Assembly: GCA_000092065.1 (NCBI GenBank)
Contig: CP000593.1
Strand: one strand, 5' to 3'
DNA length: 64,000 nt
From: Ostreococcus lucimarinus
Taxonomy: Eukaryota
Shown here: positions 18,560-27,891 of the stretch, in pieces
Layout of the letters: each line of letters opens with the position of its first letter
Position numbering within the stretch: the stretch's first letter is position 1
The notes under the pieces: generated by a model
Databases searched by the model: none
What the model was told of the DNA's origin: nothing
Seen by the model: only the letters and a program-made list of their open reading frames with translations
Program-made: the position numbers and the translations under genes

Positions 18560-20749
18560 TCATTTCGTCAAAAATGTCATGTACGGATCCTTGCTCGCCT
18601 CGAGCACGTCCGGGCGTTGACTTTGCTTATAGGCCAAGCATCGCGAGATGAACGCCTTGCCTTCCAGCGAAATTGAGGGTCTGCTTGGGAATTCCACCTC
18701 CTTGGCGTTTCGAATCGTGCCCGCGTGCAAGATTTGCTCCTGTGACATGTCGTGGCCGAACGGTCGCTTGCCGTAAATCATTTGAAACAAGATGACACCG
18801 CACGACCACGTGTCAACCTTGCTCGAGATCTTCGGCGGCGCCGGACCGGTTTCGAAACACTCCGGGGGCAAGTACCAGTACGTTCCAGCGCCTTGCGACG
18901 TGAGCTCCATGCCACTGTCGGCGCCGAAACCGACGCTACGCTCTTCCATAATTTTACTCAAGCCGAAATCCGTAATCTTCACTCGCCCGGCTTCGTCAAA
19001 CAAAATATTTCCAGGTTTCAAGTCGTAATGGATGATGCGTTTCGGCCCCGTGCTCATGTACGCCAAGCCGTTGAAAACTTGAGCGAGAATGGCGCGCGCC
19101 TCGCGTTCGCTGATCGAGCCTTGCGCCTTCAATCGAGCGTCGAGGTCATCGCCCGTGCACAGCTCCAACACGGTGCAGAAACTATCGGAATCTACTTCGA
19201 AGACGTCGATCAAGCGCACGACGTGCGGGTGATCGAGCGATTTGTGAATGTCGCACTCTCGCGCGGCGTGACGGACATACGTGCGCTTGCGCTCTTCGCT
19301 CCACTGCGGGTTCAACTGATGCAGCTTACACGCGACTTCTCGCATTTCGACGCTGTCCCACGCCTTGTAAACTTCGCTGAAACCACCTCGTCCAAGTAGA
19401 TTCATCAACACGTAACGATCGCCGAGCACCGGGTGCTTGTTAAATCTCGAGCCGTCTTCGTCTCGCACGCGCTTGAGCGCGCGAATGTGCGCAGCTTTTT
19501 CGCGTTCAAGACTCTCACGCTCGGATTTCAGCGCTTCTTCTTCTTTTCGAATGATCGCCATGCGCGCTTTGTGTACTTCCTCGCTCAACACGTACTCGGC
19601 GTGCGCCGTCGTGTCCATCTCCGCGCTTCCCGGCGGCGGCAACTTCTTTTTGACTTGCTTGCGCTTTTCTTCGGCGAGCTTACGAGATTCCGTCAAGCGA
19701 TCCAGTCGATCATCCAGTTCATGGAACGCGCGTCCGTCTTCCCAGACTTCTTGCAACACCGATCCCACGCGCTGAACGCCGATGGTTCCCAAACGCAAGC
19801 CTTCCTCGGCGATTTGCATGCGCATTTGTTTGCGTTCCAACACCGCGAGGTTCACCGCGAGCTGATGCACGCCCCGCCGCCTCGCCTCGCTGGCTCGCTC
19901 GAATTCGCGCTTCAACTCATTATTCGACGCCCTCAACTCTTCGCAACCGCGTTCGTACTCCTCGCGCTCTTTTTCCGTCGCCGCCAACTTTTCCTCGAGC
20001 GCTCGAATCTTCGTCGCCGCCGCCTCGCGTTCGCCACCCGCCGTCCCTTTCCCGGGCGTCGTCATCGCTTCCACGAGCGGCGAGCTCGTCTTAAACCCTG
20101 ATCCAGTATTTTCAAACCGATCGAGCAGAGAGACGTTGGCCTCGGGCGTGCGCGCGCTCGCCGTCTTCCCCCCCGGATGTCGTCTCGACCGCGCCAACCC
20201 TCCGCTCGCCCCTCCCCGCTCCGGATTTTCATTCTCCAGATCGCTCGCCGTCGCCGACTCCCGCCGTCTCCGTTTCGTCGTCTTCTTCCCTCCGTTCCCG
20301 CTCGCCCCCGTGCCGACGCCCTCCGCTCGCACCGTCGACGCCTTCCCCTCCGACGCGTTCGCCCGCGCGTCCACCACGCCGTACGCGCGCGTCCCGCCTC
20401 CCTCGTCCTCGCTCGAATCGCTCGCGCTGTCCTCCATCGCGCACCGCTCCGCGCCCGCGCGCGCCCGCGCGCTTCTCCCCGTCTCCCGCGACGCGCTCGG
20501 CGGCGTCGCTCGCTCCGACGTCGTCAGCCGCCGCTCGAGCAGTTCGATCTTCGCGCGCGCCTCGCGCGACAGCTCGCGCGCGTGAAACATCTCCAGCGCC
20601 GCGCTCGCCTCCGTCGCGCGCGGCGTCGACGACATCGCGTCGAGTTCGACGAACGCGCCCGCGACGTCGCGCGCGTCTTCGTCGATCCGCGCGTCGCGAC
20701 GACGCGCGCGGGCGTCGCGCGATGGCGACGCGACGCGCGGCGATTTCAA
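18560..20749 (-). CDS. TLK: Tousled-like serine/threonine protein kinase (TLK/TSL)
   Basis: The N-terminal half is coiled-coil. The C-terminal kinase domain has GRGGFSEVYKA, VACK, HYDLKPGNILF, DFGLSK and the ..YWYLPPECF.. segment characteristic of Tousled kinases. Confidence 0.8.
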   Translation of the reverse strand: MKSPRVASPSRDARARRRDARIDEDARDVAGAFVELDAMSSTPRATEASAALEMFHARELSREARAKIELLERRLTTSERATPPSASRETGRSARARAGAERCAMEDSASDSSEDEGGGTRAYGVVDARANASEGKASTVRAEGVGTGASGNGGKKTTKRRRRESATASDLENENPERGGASGGLARSRRHPGGKTASARTPEANVSLLDRFENTGSGFKTSSPLVEAMTTPGKGTAGGEREAAATKIRALEEKLAATEKEREEYERGCEELRASNNELKREFERASEARRRGVHQLAVNLAVLERKQMRMQIAEEGLRLGTIGVQRVGSVLQEVWEDGRAFHELDDRLDRLTESRKLAEEKRKQVKKKLPPPGSAEMDTTAHAEYVLSEEVHKARMAIIRKEEEALKSERESLEREKAAHIRALKRVRDEDGSRFNKHPVLGDRYVLMNLLGRGGFSEVYKAWDSVEMREVACKLHQLNPQWSEERKRTYVRHAARECDIHKSLDHPHVVRLIDVFEVDSDSFCTVLELCTGDDLDARLKAQGSISEREARAILAQVFNGLAYMSTGPKRIIHYDLKPGNILFDEAGRVKITDFGLSKIMEERSVGFGADSGMELTSQGAGTYWYLPPECFETGPAPPKISSKVDTWSCGVILFQMIYGKRPFGHDMSQEQILHAGTIRNAKEVEFPSRPSISLEGKAFISRCLAYKQSQRPDVLEASKDPYMTFLTK

Positions 20750-20764
20750 ATCCCGCGCGCGCGC

Positions 20765-21060
20765 GAAAACGATCGATCGATCGATCGAGGTTTAAAACGG
20801 CGCGCGGTCGAAACGCGCGCGAGGGTCGACGCGCGCGAGAACGATCGATCGATCGCGCGGTCGATCGGTCGATCGATCGAGGTTTAAAACGGCGCGCGGT
20901 CGACGCGCGCGCGAGGGTCGACGCGCGCGAGAACGATCGATCGATCGCGCGGTCGATCGGTCGATCGATCGAGGTTTAAAACGGCGCGCGGTCGAACCGC
21001 GCGCGAGGGTCGACGCGCGCGAGAACGATCGATCGCGCGGTCGATCGGTCGCGCGGTCGG
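20765..21060. repeat. Tandem repeat, 92-bp unit x~3.2 (GAGGTTTAAAACGGCGCGCGGTCGA(A)CGCGCGCGAGGGTCGACGCGCGCGAGAACGATCGATCGATCGCGCGGTCGATCGGTCGATCGATC), in the divergent TLK / FKBP53 promoter
   Basis: GAGGTTTAAAAC recurs at 20787, 20879 and 20971. The third copy carries a 4-bp deletion. It sits between the TLK start (20749, minus strand) and the FKBP start (21131, plus strand). Confidence 0.9.
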
Positions 21061-21130
21061 TCGCCGCCGCCGCCGCCGCCGCCGCGCGCGCGCGCCGACG
21101 CGCGACCGCGACGCGCGACCGACGCTCGAC

Positions 21131-22252
21131 ATGTTCTGGGGCGCGCGACTCGAGCCGGGGGTGTGGACGCCGTACGTCCCGCCGCCGGACGTCGACGTGC
21201 GGCTGCACGTGTCGCAGGCGACGGCGGCGAGCGACGCCCTCGAGGACGGCGCGCGCGTCGTGATCAAGATGCGATGCGAGACCGACGACGCGGTGCTGCG
21301 AGCGGCGGCGGGCGCGGACGATGACGACGATGACGATGATTCGTCGACGGACGATTCGTTCGAGCGGGAGGAGTACCGCGTGTGCGCGCTGATCGGTGGG
21401 CGAGTGGAGACGTGCGGGTTGGATTTGGTGCTGGACGAGTACGCGGAGTTCACGGTCGAGGGCGCGTGCGGGGCGCACTTGACGGGGTATTACATGCCGG
21501 AGTACGGCGAGGGGGATGAGTTGGACGAGGACGACGTGTACGGCGACGAGGGGGACTCGGATTCGGACGAGGAGGAGGAGATGATGACGACGGGCGACGA
21601 CGACGAGTCCGACTCGGAAGACGACGACTCCGAAGACGACGACTCCGAAGACGACGACTCCGAAGACGACGACTCCGAAGACGACGACTCCGAAGACGAC
21701 GACTCCGAGTCCGAGTCCGAGTCCGAGTCCGAGCCCGAAGGCGTCACTCGTAAGGGTGGTGTGAAGATCGTCGAGATGACCGAAGACGAGTCGGCGCGCT
21801 CGGCGAAGAAGCGCGAGGCGGAAACCAAGCCCGCGAAGACCCCCGAACCGAAGAAGCGAGCAGTGGGGGCGAAACCGGAATCTGCGTCGAAGAAACCGGA
21901 GACACCCAAGCGCGTGCACAAGAATGGCATGGAAATCATCAACACCTTTGCCACGAAGAACACCAGCGCGAAAGTCGCCGCCGGCGGCAAAAAAGTGGCG
22001 ATGAAGTACATCGGAAAGCTCCCGAGCGGTAAGATTTTCGATCAAACCAAAGGCAGCGCTACTTTTAAGTTCCGCTTGGGGGTGGGCGAAGTCATCAAGG
22101 GCTGGGACGTCGGCGTCGAGGGCATGCGCGAGGGCGACAAGCGCACGCTCATCATTCCCAGCGCCATGGGTTACGGTAAAAAAGGCATCAAGGGCGTCAT
22201 CCCCGGCGGATCCGCGCTGCACTTCGACGTCGAGCTCGTCAAGGTTTTCTAA
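21131..22252 (+). CDS. FKBP53-type nuclear peptidyl-prolyl isomerase / histone chaperone (N-terminal nucleoplasmin-like domain, acidic D/E/S tracts, basic linker, C-terminal FKBP domain)
   Basis: The N-terminal MFWG.. nucleoplasmin-like signature is present. An 18-nt tandem repeat codes (DDSEDD)n. The C-terminal FKBP domain reads ..KYIGKLPSGKIFDQT..FKFRLGVGEVIKGWDVGVEGMREGDKRTLIIPSAMGYG..LHFDVELVKV. Confidence 0.8.
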   Translation: MFWGARLEPGVWTPYVPPPDVDVRLHVSQATAASDALEDGARVVIKMRCETDDAVLRAAAGADDDDDDDDSSTDDSFEREEYRVCALIGGRVETCGLDLVLDEYAEFTVEGACGAHLTGYYMPEYGEGDELDEDDVYGDEGDSDSDEEEEMMTTGDDDESDSEDDDSEDDDSEDDDSEDDDSEDDDSEDDDSESESESESEPEGVTRKGGVKIVEMTEDESARSAKKREAETKPAKTPEPKKRAVGAKPESASKKPETPKRVHKNGMEIINTFATKNTSAKVAAGGKKVAMKYIGKLPSGKIFDQTKGSATFKFRLGVGEVIKGWDVGVEGMREGDKRTLIIPSAMGYGKKGIKGVIPGGSALHFDVELVKVF

Positions 22253-22949
22253 ACCGACGCACCGAGCGCCCTCTCGCGCCGTCGTCGACCGTCCACGCGC
22301 GTTCGAAGTAATAATTTGAAGATACGACGCCGCTATTCGCAGTATTTGCTTACGCGCTTTGATTTTGATTTACACGCGCCGCGCGCGACCGCGCGCGCGC
22401 TTCGACGCTATTCTTTCGCCATCTCTACCCCTCTCCCATCCCATCGTCGTCCACGACGAACACGCCCCCCCCGCGCTTCCCGCGCCGCTCGCGTCGTTTC
22501 CCGTCGTCGTCGCCCGCCATCCCTCGCGCCTGCGCGCGCGCGATGACCCCGTCCAGCCTCGCGCCGCCGACGCACAGCCCCAGCAGCGCGGCGCCGACGA
22601 CGAATCCCGCGATTTCGTTCGCCGGCGGCAGCGCCGACGCGCGCGCGCGCGCCGCGCGTCGACGATTCGCATCCGTCGCGCGTCCGTCGCGCGCGGCGAC
22701 CGGCGGCGCGACGCCGCGCGACGCCGCGCGCGCGCCGGTCGCGGCGACGCGGACGCGCGGCGCGCGCGACGGACGCGGCGCCCACATCGCCGCGGCGCGC
22801 GCGTCGTCGCGCGCGTCGCGATGTCGGGACGACGTCGACGACGGATGAAACGGCGGCGCGCGCGCGACGCGACGCGCCGCACACGCCGACGCGCGCGAAC
22901 GACGGCGACGCGAAGCGAAGGGACGGGAAATTAGGATCGAACGGCGCGC

Positions 22950-24161
22950 ATGCCGGGCTCGGACGCGGCGCGACGCGACGGCGCGGACGACGGCGCGGAC
23001 GTCGATCCTGATTTTGAAAAATCGGTCGACGGCGCGCAGGTCATGGCGGCGCTGCAGCAGCTGCACGGGAACAGCGGCCTGATCGGGGCGCTGCAGCAAA
23101 AGCTCGATGGATTGGTCGGGCTGCGATCGGGATTCCTCGAGGAGCTGCACCCGAGGGTGCGAGCGCGGGTGAAGGCGCTGGAGAAGCTGCAGGAGGCGCA
23201 CGACGGCGTCCACGAGGCGTATCTCGAAGAGAAAAAGGCGCTGGAGGCGAAATACGCGGCGCTGTACGCGCCGATGTATAAGGCGAGAAGTGAAATCGTG
23301 ACGGGGGCGAAGGAAGCGGCGGTGCCGGACGATGATGAAGAGCTGAAGGCGGAGATCGAAGCGGCGGCGAAGGACGCCGTCGAGGCGCCGAAGGGGGTGC
23401 CAGAGTTTTGGATGATTGCGCTCAAGAATAACGAGGAGCTGGCGCAGATGATCACCGAACGCGATGAGGGGGCGTTGAAGCACTTGATCGATATCACCAC
23501 GTCCGCGCTCGAGGGCGAAGACGAAGACGGCGACGAGCTGTGCGGCTTCAAGATCGACTTTCACTTTGAAGAAAATGAGTACTTTGAAGATTCCGTGTTG
23601 ACGAAGACGTATCACATGGACGACGAGGAAGACAATCTCTTGCGATACATTGAGTCGAGTGAAATCAACTGGAAATCGGGTAAGAACTTGACGGTGAAGG
23701 TTTTGCGAAAGAAGCCGAAACCAGGGGCGAAGAACAAAAAGCCCATCACGAAGACGGAACCGGCGGAAAGCTTTTTCCAATTCTTCTACCCGCCCGAAGT
23801 CCCGGACGAAGAAGAGCAACAAAACATGTCCGAAGATGACGCCGAACAGTTGCAAGACGCGATGGAGCAAGATTACGAGCTCGGCATGATGATCGCGAAC
23901 AACTTGATTCCAGACGCCGTCAACTGGTTCACCGGCGACGCATTCGCCGACGACGAAGAAGATGAATTCGACGAAGACGACGATGAAGACGAATTCGACG
24001 ACGAGGACGATGAGGACGACGAGGACGACGAGGACGACGAAGATGAAGACGAGGACGAGGAAGAAGAGTTCGTCGGCGGTAAGAAGTCTTTCGCGGCGCC
24101 GCCGGCGATGGGCGGCGCGGCGAAGGAGGGCGAACAACCGCCCGAGTGCAAGCAGCAATGA
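22950..24161 (+). CDS. NAP1: Nucleosome assembly protein 1 (NAP1) with acidic tail and C-terminal CaaX box (CKQQ)
   Basis: NAP family core (..VPEFWMIALKNNEELAQMITERDEGALKHLIDIT..FKIDFHFEENEYFEDSVLTKTYHM..ESFFQFFYPPEVPDEE..), a long D/E tail and a terminal CKQQ farnesylation motif, as in plant NAP1. Confidence 0.9.
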   Translation: MPGSDAARRDGADDGADVDPDFEKSVDGAQVMAALQQLHGNSGLIGALQQKLDGLVGLRSGFLEELHPRVRARVKALEKLQEAHDGVHEAYLEEKKALEAKYAALYAPMYKARSEIVTGAKEAAVPDDDEELKAEIEAAAKDAVEAPKGVPEFWMIALKNNEELAQMITERDEGALKHLIDITTSALEGEDEDGDELCGFKIDFHFEENEYFEDSVLTKTYHMDDEEDNLLRYIESSEINWKSGKNLTVKVLRKKPKPGAKNKKPITKTEPAESFFQFFYPPEVPDEEEQQNMSEDDAEQLQDAMEQDYELGMMIANNLIPDAVNWFTGDAFADDEEDEFDEDDDEDEFDDEDDEDDEDDEDDEDEDEDEEEEFVGGKKSFAAPPAMGGAAKEGEQPPECKQQ

Positions 24162-24228
24162 ACGCGAAATCCGTACTTTTCTAACGCTCGGATTATCATC
24201 TAGTTGTTGCTAAGACACATTACCCATT

Positions 24229-26430
24229 TTAAAATCCACGAAACTCATCTCCTTGCGAACGATGCGCGGGCGCGCCGCACTCGGCTCTTTCGCGTTCGCC
24301 TCGGCGCTCGAGCGCCTTGATGATCTCGCGCGATTTGTGCCTAGACACAGAATTTTCAGTAAAATCGAGCTCGCGGCGCGCAGGCACGTGCGGTGGTGCG
24401 AGGCGACGCATGGTGACGTCGGCCCAATCGACCGTGAAGAAATTGTGACTCTTCAAATCCCAAACGCCGCGCGCGCTCGATCCCAGTCTTCGCGACACGT
24501 CCACGACGCATAGACGAGAAATGAGGGATTTTGCGGTGAGAGGAAAGTATGCGGTACTAAATTTTAGATCGGAAGTGACGATGCGACGGTGACGAGCGCC
24601 GTCGTTCGCGCTCGCGAATGGGGCGTAACCGACAAGCATTTCGTACAAGAGCACGCCAAATGACCAATAATCGGCGAGCTGATCGTATCCTTGCGCGAGC
24701 ATGACCTCTGGAGCCATGTAATCCGCGGTGCCACATGTCGTGTACGCGCGTTCGCCTCGTAATAATCGGCGACAAAAGCCAAAGTCAGTGAGCTTGATGT
24801 GCCCGTCGGCGTCGATGAGGACGTTTTCGGGCTTCAAATCGCGGTACACGTACTCGTTCGCATGAATGTACTCGAGCGCCACGAGGACTTCGGCAGCATA
24901 AAATTGAGCGATATCGACGGGGAATTGTCCACCTCTGAATGGTCCGCTCACCAAGAGCTGGAACAAATCGCCGCCGGGAAGATAATCCATGAGCAAGTAC
25001 AACGCGCGAGCGTCTTGAAACGCGCCCAAGGCGCGCGTCAGGAACGGCGAATCGAATCGTTTCATGAGCTCGAGCTCACGTGAGACGTTTTTTTCTTGAT
25101 CTAAATGCGCGACTTTCCATTTGTGCATGACTTTGACGCAGCACGTTGTGAGTGTGCTCAACGTCTTTGCGACGAAGACGGCGCCGAGCATGCCTCCACC
25201 AATTTCCTTGACGAAAACAACGTCTTTGCTCGAGCGCACGCAAATTTCGGGCGCGACGTCGATCGATGCCATCGCATGAATATTGTGCGGTGAATCAATT
25301 GCTTCTGTTCGGCGTGCGATATTTCGCCGATCGAAAGAAAGCCATCGAAATCGTGACGTTACCGCCCCTCGCAACGCAGCGAACGATCCCGCTCGACGCG
25401 TCAATCTTCGCTTCGATTTCTTTTCCACCTTATTCGACGCGTACGAGTAGGAGTCTATCTTTTTTGCCATCATGTCGATTATTTCCTCTCCAATCATTCG
25501 ATGGAATGACTCAGCATCGAGCGTCAACGCGCTAACTTGACCGACGGCGACCACCGTCGCCGTAGGCGATGTCTTATGAATTAGGCTCACCTCGCCAAAG
25601 TAATCCCCTCGCTTCAACCTATTCACCTCGAACGATTCGCCATCTTCCACGTGAACGACCGATTCGCCTTTGACGATGACGTAAAACTTTGAGGAGGTTT
25701 CATCGTAAGAATCATCTGGGCTGACGATGACGGCGCCACTCTCAAATGTCGTCATGCGAAGCGCGTCGACCAACATTGACGTCGTTCGCGCGTCGAGCGA
25801 GTCGCGAAACACGGCGACAGATTCTAGATAACCCATGTACTCGCAACGTCGCTCGAAAGTCGTACGTTTGAGCGTCTCGTGAAACGTCGCCCGATCGAGC
25901 ACCCAGAGTTTGATGACTGGCGACGCCGCGACGACGGTCGCGGTGCGCGGGCACTTTCGCACCAACGCCACCTCCCCGAAAGTTTCGCCCGGATACAACA
26001 ACTTAGAACTATCTTTGAGTGGCGTTACTCTCGCCTCGCCGTCGCACGACGACGGACTTTCCGGCGCGATTTGTTCTCGCCGCGACGCCACGACTCGACG
26101 ACTGCCATCCTTCGCCGAGACGTCTTCGTCCTCCATCGATCCCACGTCGACGGTATCCGCGACGTCACCCTCGTCGTCGCGCGCGTCCACTCGCACGCAT
26201 CCCTGCGCGATTACGTAAAAATTCGCCCCAACCTCGCCCTTACGCACGATCACCTCGCCTCGTTCGAACTCGCACTCGACCATGCGCGCGCACAGCGCCG
26301 CGCGATCGTCCCTTCGAAGCTCTCTGAACAGCGCCACACCGTTCAGCGCCTCGCCCGCGCGCGCCGGTTCGCTCACCCTCCTCGCGCGCGCGCGCGTGCG
26401 CGCCTCCTCGTCCGCCTCTCGCGCCGTCAT
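24229..26430 (-). CDS. Cyclic-nucleotide-dependent protein kinase (PKG-like): two cNMP-binding domains followed by an AGC-family kinase domain
   Basis: Two cNMP-binding modules (..GETFGEVALVRKCPRTATVVA.. and ..GDYFGEVSLIHKTSPTATVVA..), then a kinase domain with GGGMLGAV, YRDLKPENVLI, DFGFCR and GTADYMAPE. Confidence 0.8.
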   Translation of the reverse strand: MTAREADEEARTRARARRVSEPARAGEALNGVALFRELRRDDRAALCARMVECEFERGEVIVRKGEVGANFYVIAQGCVRVDARDDEGDVADTVDVGSMEDEDVSAKDGSRRVVASRREQIAPESPSSCDGEARVTPLKDSSKLLYPGETFGEVALVRKCPRTATVVAASPVIKLWVLDRATFHETLKRTTFERRCEYMGYLESVAVFRDSLDARTTSMLVDALRMTTFESGAVIVSPDDSYDETSSKFYVIVKGESVVHVEDGESFEVNRLKRGDYFGEVSLIHKTSPTATVVAVGQVSALTLDAESFHRMIGEEIIDMMAKKIDSYSYASNKVEKKSKRRLTRRAGSFAALRGAVTSRFRWLSFDRRNIARRTEAIDSPHNIHAMASIDVAPEICVRSSKDVVFVKEIGGGMLGAVFVAKTLSTLTTCCVKVMHKWKVAHLDQEKNVSRELELMKRFDSPFLTRALGAFQDARALYLLMDYLPGGDLFQLLVSGPFRGGQFPVDIAQFYAAEVLVALEYIHANEYVYRDLKPENVLIDADGHIKLTDFGFCRRLLRGERAYTTCGTADYMAPEVMLAQGYDQLADYWSFGVLLYEMLVGYAPFASANDGARHRRIVTSDLKFSTAYFPLTAKSLISRLCVVDVSRRLGSSARGVWDLKSHNFFTVDWADVTMRRLAPPHVPARRELDFTENSVSRHKSREIIKALERRGERERAECGAPAHRSQGDEFRGF

Positions 26431-27027
26431 CGCCCGTCCCGCGTCTCCCGCGCGTCGCGTCCCGCGCCGCGACGCGAACCGTCGTCCCGCGCCGTCCCGC
26501 GTCTCCCGCGCGTCGCGTCGTCCGCGCCGTCGACGCGACCGCGCGCCGGCCGCCGCCGCGCGACGCGACGCGACGCGACGCGTCTCGCTCGCGCGTCGCG
26601 CACTGCGCGCGCGCTTTATTTAGCCCGACGACGACGACCGCGCGCGCGCGCGCTAACATCGCCGCCCGACGACGCGAATCGACGCTTCAAATCCCGTCCT
26701 CGATTGCGCACGATGCGCGGCCGACGCGCGACGACGCGCCGCGCGCGCGGCACTCGACGACGACGCGCGCGCGATGAGCGATTTCGCCGGCGCGACGCAG
26801 TACGCGGGGAGCCACGGGTACATGCCGCAGTGCGTCGCGACGCGACGCGACGGCGCGACGACGACGCGACGCGACCGAACGCGCGCGCGATCGAGGACGA
26901 GCTGTTGATTTTGAAATTTTGAAATTCTCGGCACTCGAACGATGATCTCGACGCGCGCGCGCGAGCGGACGCGGGAGAGGACGAGGAGGGACGGGAGAGG
27001 GAAGCGCGCGCGGACGATCGTGGACGG

Positions 27028-27807
27028 GTGACTGACGATGGGACGCGAACGGCGTCGATGACGCGACGTAGACCGCAGGATGGATCGAGCGAAGGGAAGA
27101 CGTACGCGAACGTGAGCGCGCCGCCGACGATGAAACCGTTGACGGTTAAGATGCTGAAGCGAGCGATCGACGCGCGACAGACGCCGGATGAAACGCTCGT
27201 GGTGAATGGGGTGCCGGTTCATAACCTGACCGTCGTCGGTAAGATTGTGGGCGTCGAGAGTAAGAGCTCGTACGTTTTGTACAAGGTGGACGATTCCACC
27301 GGGGTGTGCGACGTCAAGGTGTGGAGTGACCAAGACGGCGATCAGACGGCCGAGCCGATCGAGGTTGGCGCGTACGTTCGTGTGTATGGCTCGGTGAAGA
27401 CTTTGGCCAACGAACACATGATTGCCGCGCACACTCAGCAGGCGGTGCGTAAGATTACCGACCACAACGAGGTGACGTTTCACATGTTGGAAGTCGTGTA
27501 CGCGAGCGGCCACGCCGAAAAGACCAAGGTCTCGGGCGGTGCCGCGCCGGCGAACGCTTACACCGTGCCGCAACAAGCGCCGAACGTCGCCGCGAATGGT
27601 GATTTGGGCTCCGAGGAAATCGACGTTTCAATTATGGGCGTGCTGAAGCAGTTCGCCGAGGGCGAGCAAGGGATGACCGTTGATGAAATCGCGTCGAAGC
27701 AAAACGGCAAGTTTACTCGCGATGCCATCAAAGCTGCGCTCGAAGAAATGTCGAACGGTGGTGAGGTGTTCACGACTATCGACGAAGACCACTACGCCGC
27801 TGTGTAA
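27028..27807 (+). CDS. RPA2: Replication protein A 32-kDa subunit (RPA2): OB-fold plus C-terminal winged helix
   Basis: The N-terminal region has S/T phosphoacceptor sites. The OB fold reads ..VVGKIVGVESKSSYVLYKVDDSTGVCDVKVWSD..YVRVYGSVK.., and the C-terminal wH domain ..TVDEIASKQNGKFTRDAIKAALEEMSNGGEVFTTIDEDHY.. Confidence 0.75.
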   Translation: MTDDGTRTASMTRRRPQDGSSEGKTYANVSAPPTMKPLTVKMLKRAIDARQTPDETLVVNGVPVHNLTVVGKIVGVESKSSYVLYKVDDSTGVCDVKVWSDQDGDQTAEPIEVGAYVRVYGSVKTLANEHMIAAHTQQAVRKITDHNEVTFHMLEVVYASGHAEKTKVSGGAAPANAYTVPQQAPNVAANGDLGSEEIDVSIMGVLKQFAEGEQGMTVDEIASKQNGKFTRDAIKAALEEMSNGGEVFTTIDEDHYAAV

Positions 27808-27891
27808 GACGCGACGAGAGACGCATCGGAAACGTTTTTTTGAGACAATGTGATGAACAAATGTTGATTTTACTAACAATCCCCACACTTC

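Noticed and set aside
20765-21060. Possible E2F sites (TTTSSCGC) in the 92-bp TLK/FKBP promoter repeats.
   Set aside because: Checked by eye on both strands. The nearest strings are GAAACGCGCGC and AAAACGGCGCG, which do not match the E2F consensus. Only the AACGG (MSA-like) core is present, and I report it as weak.
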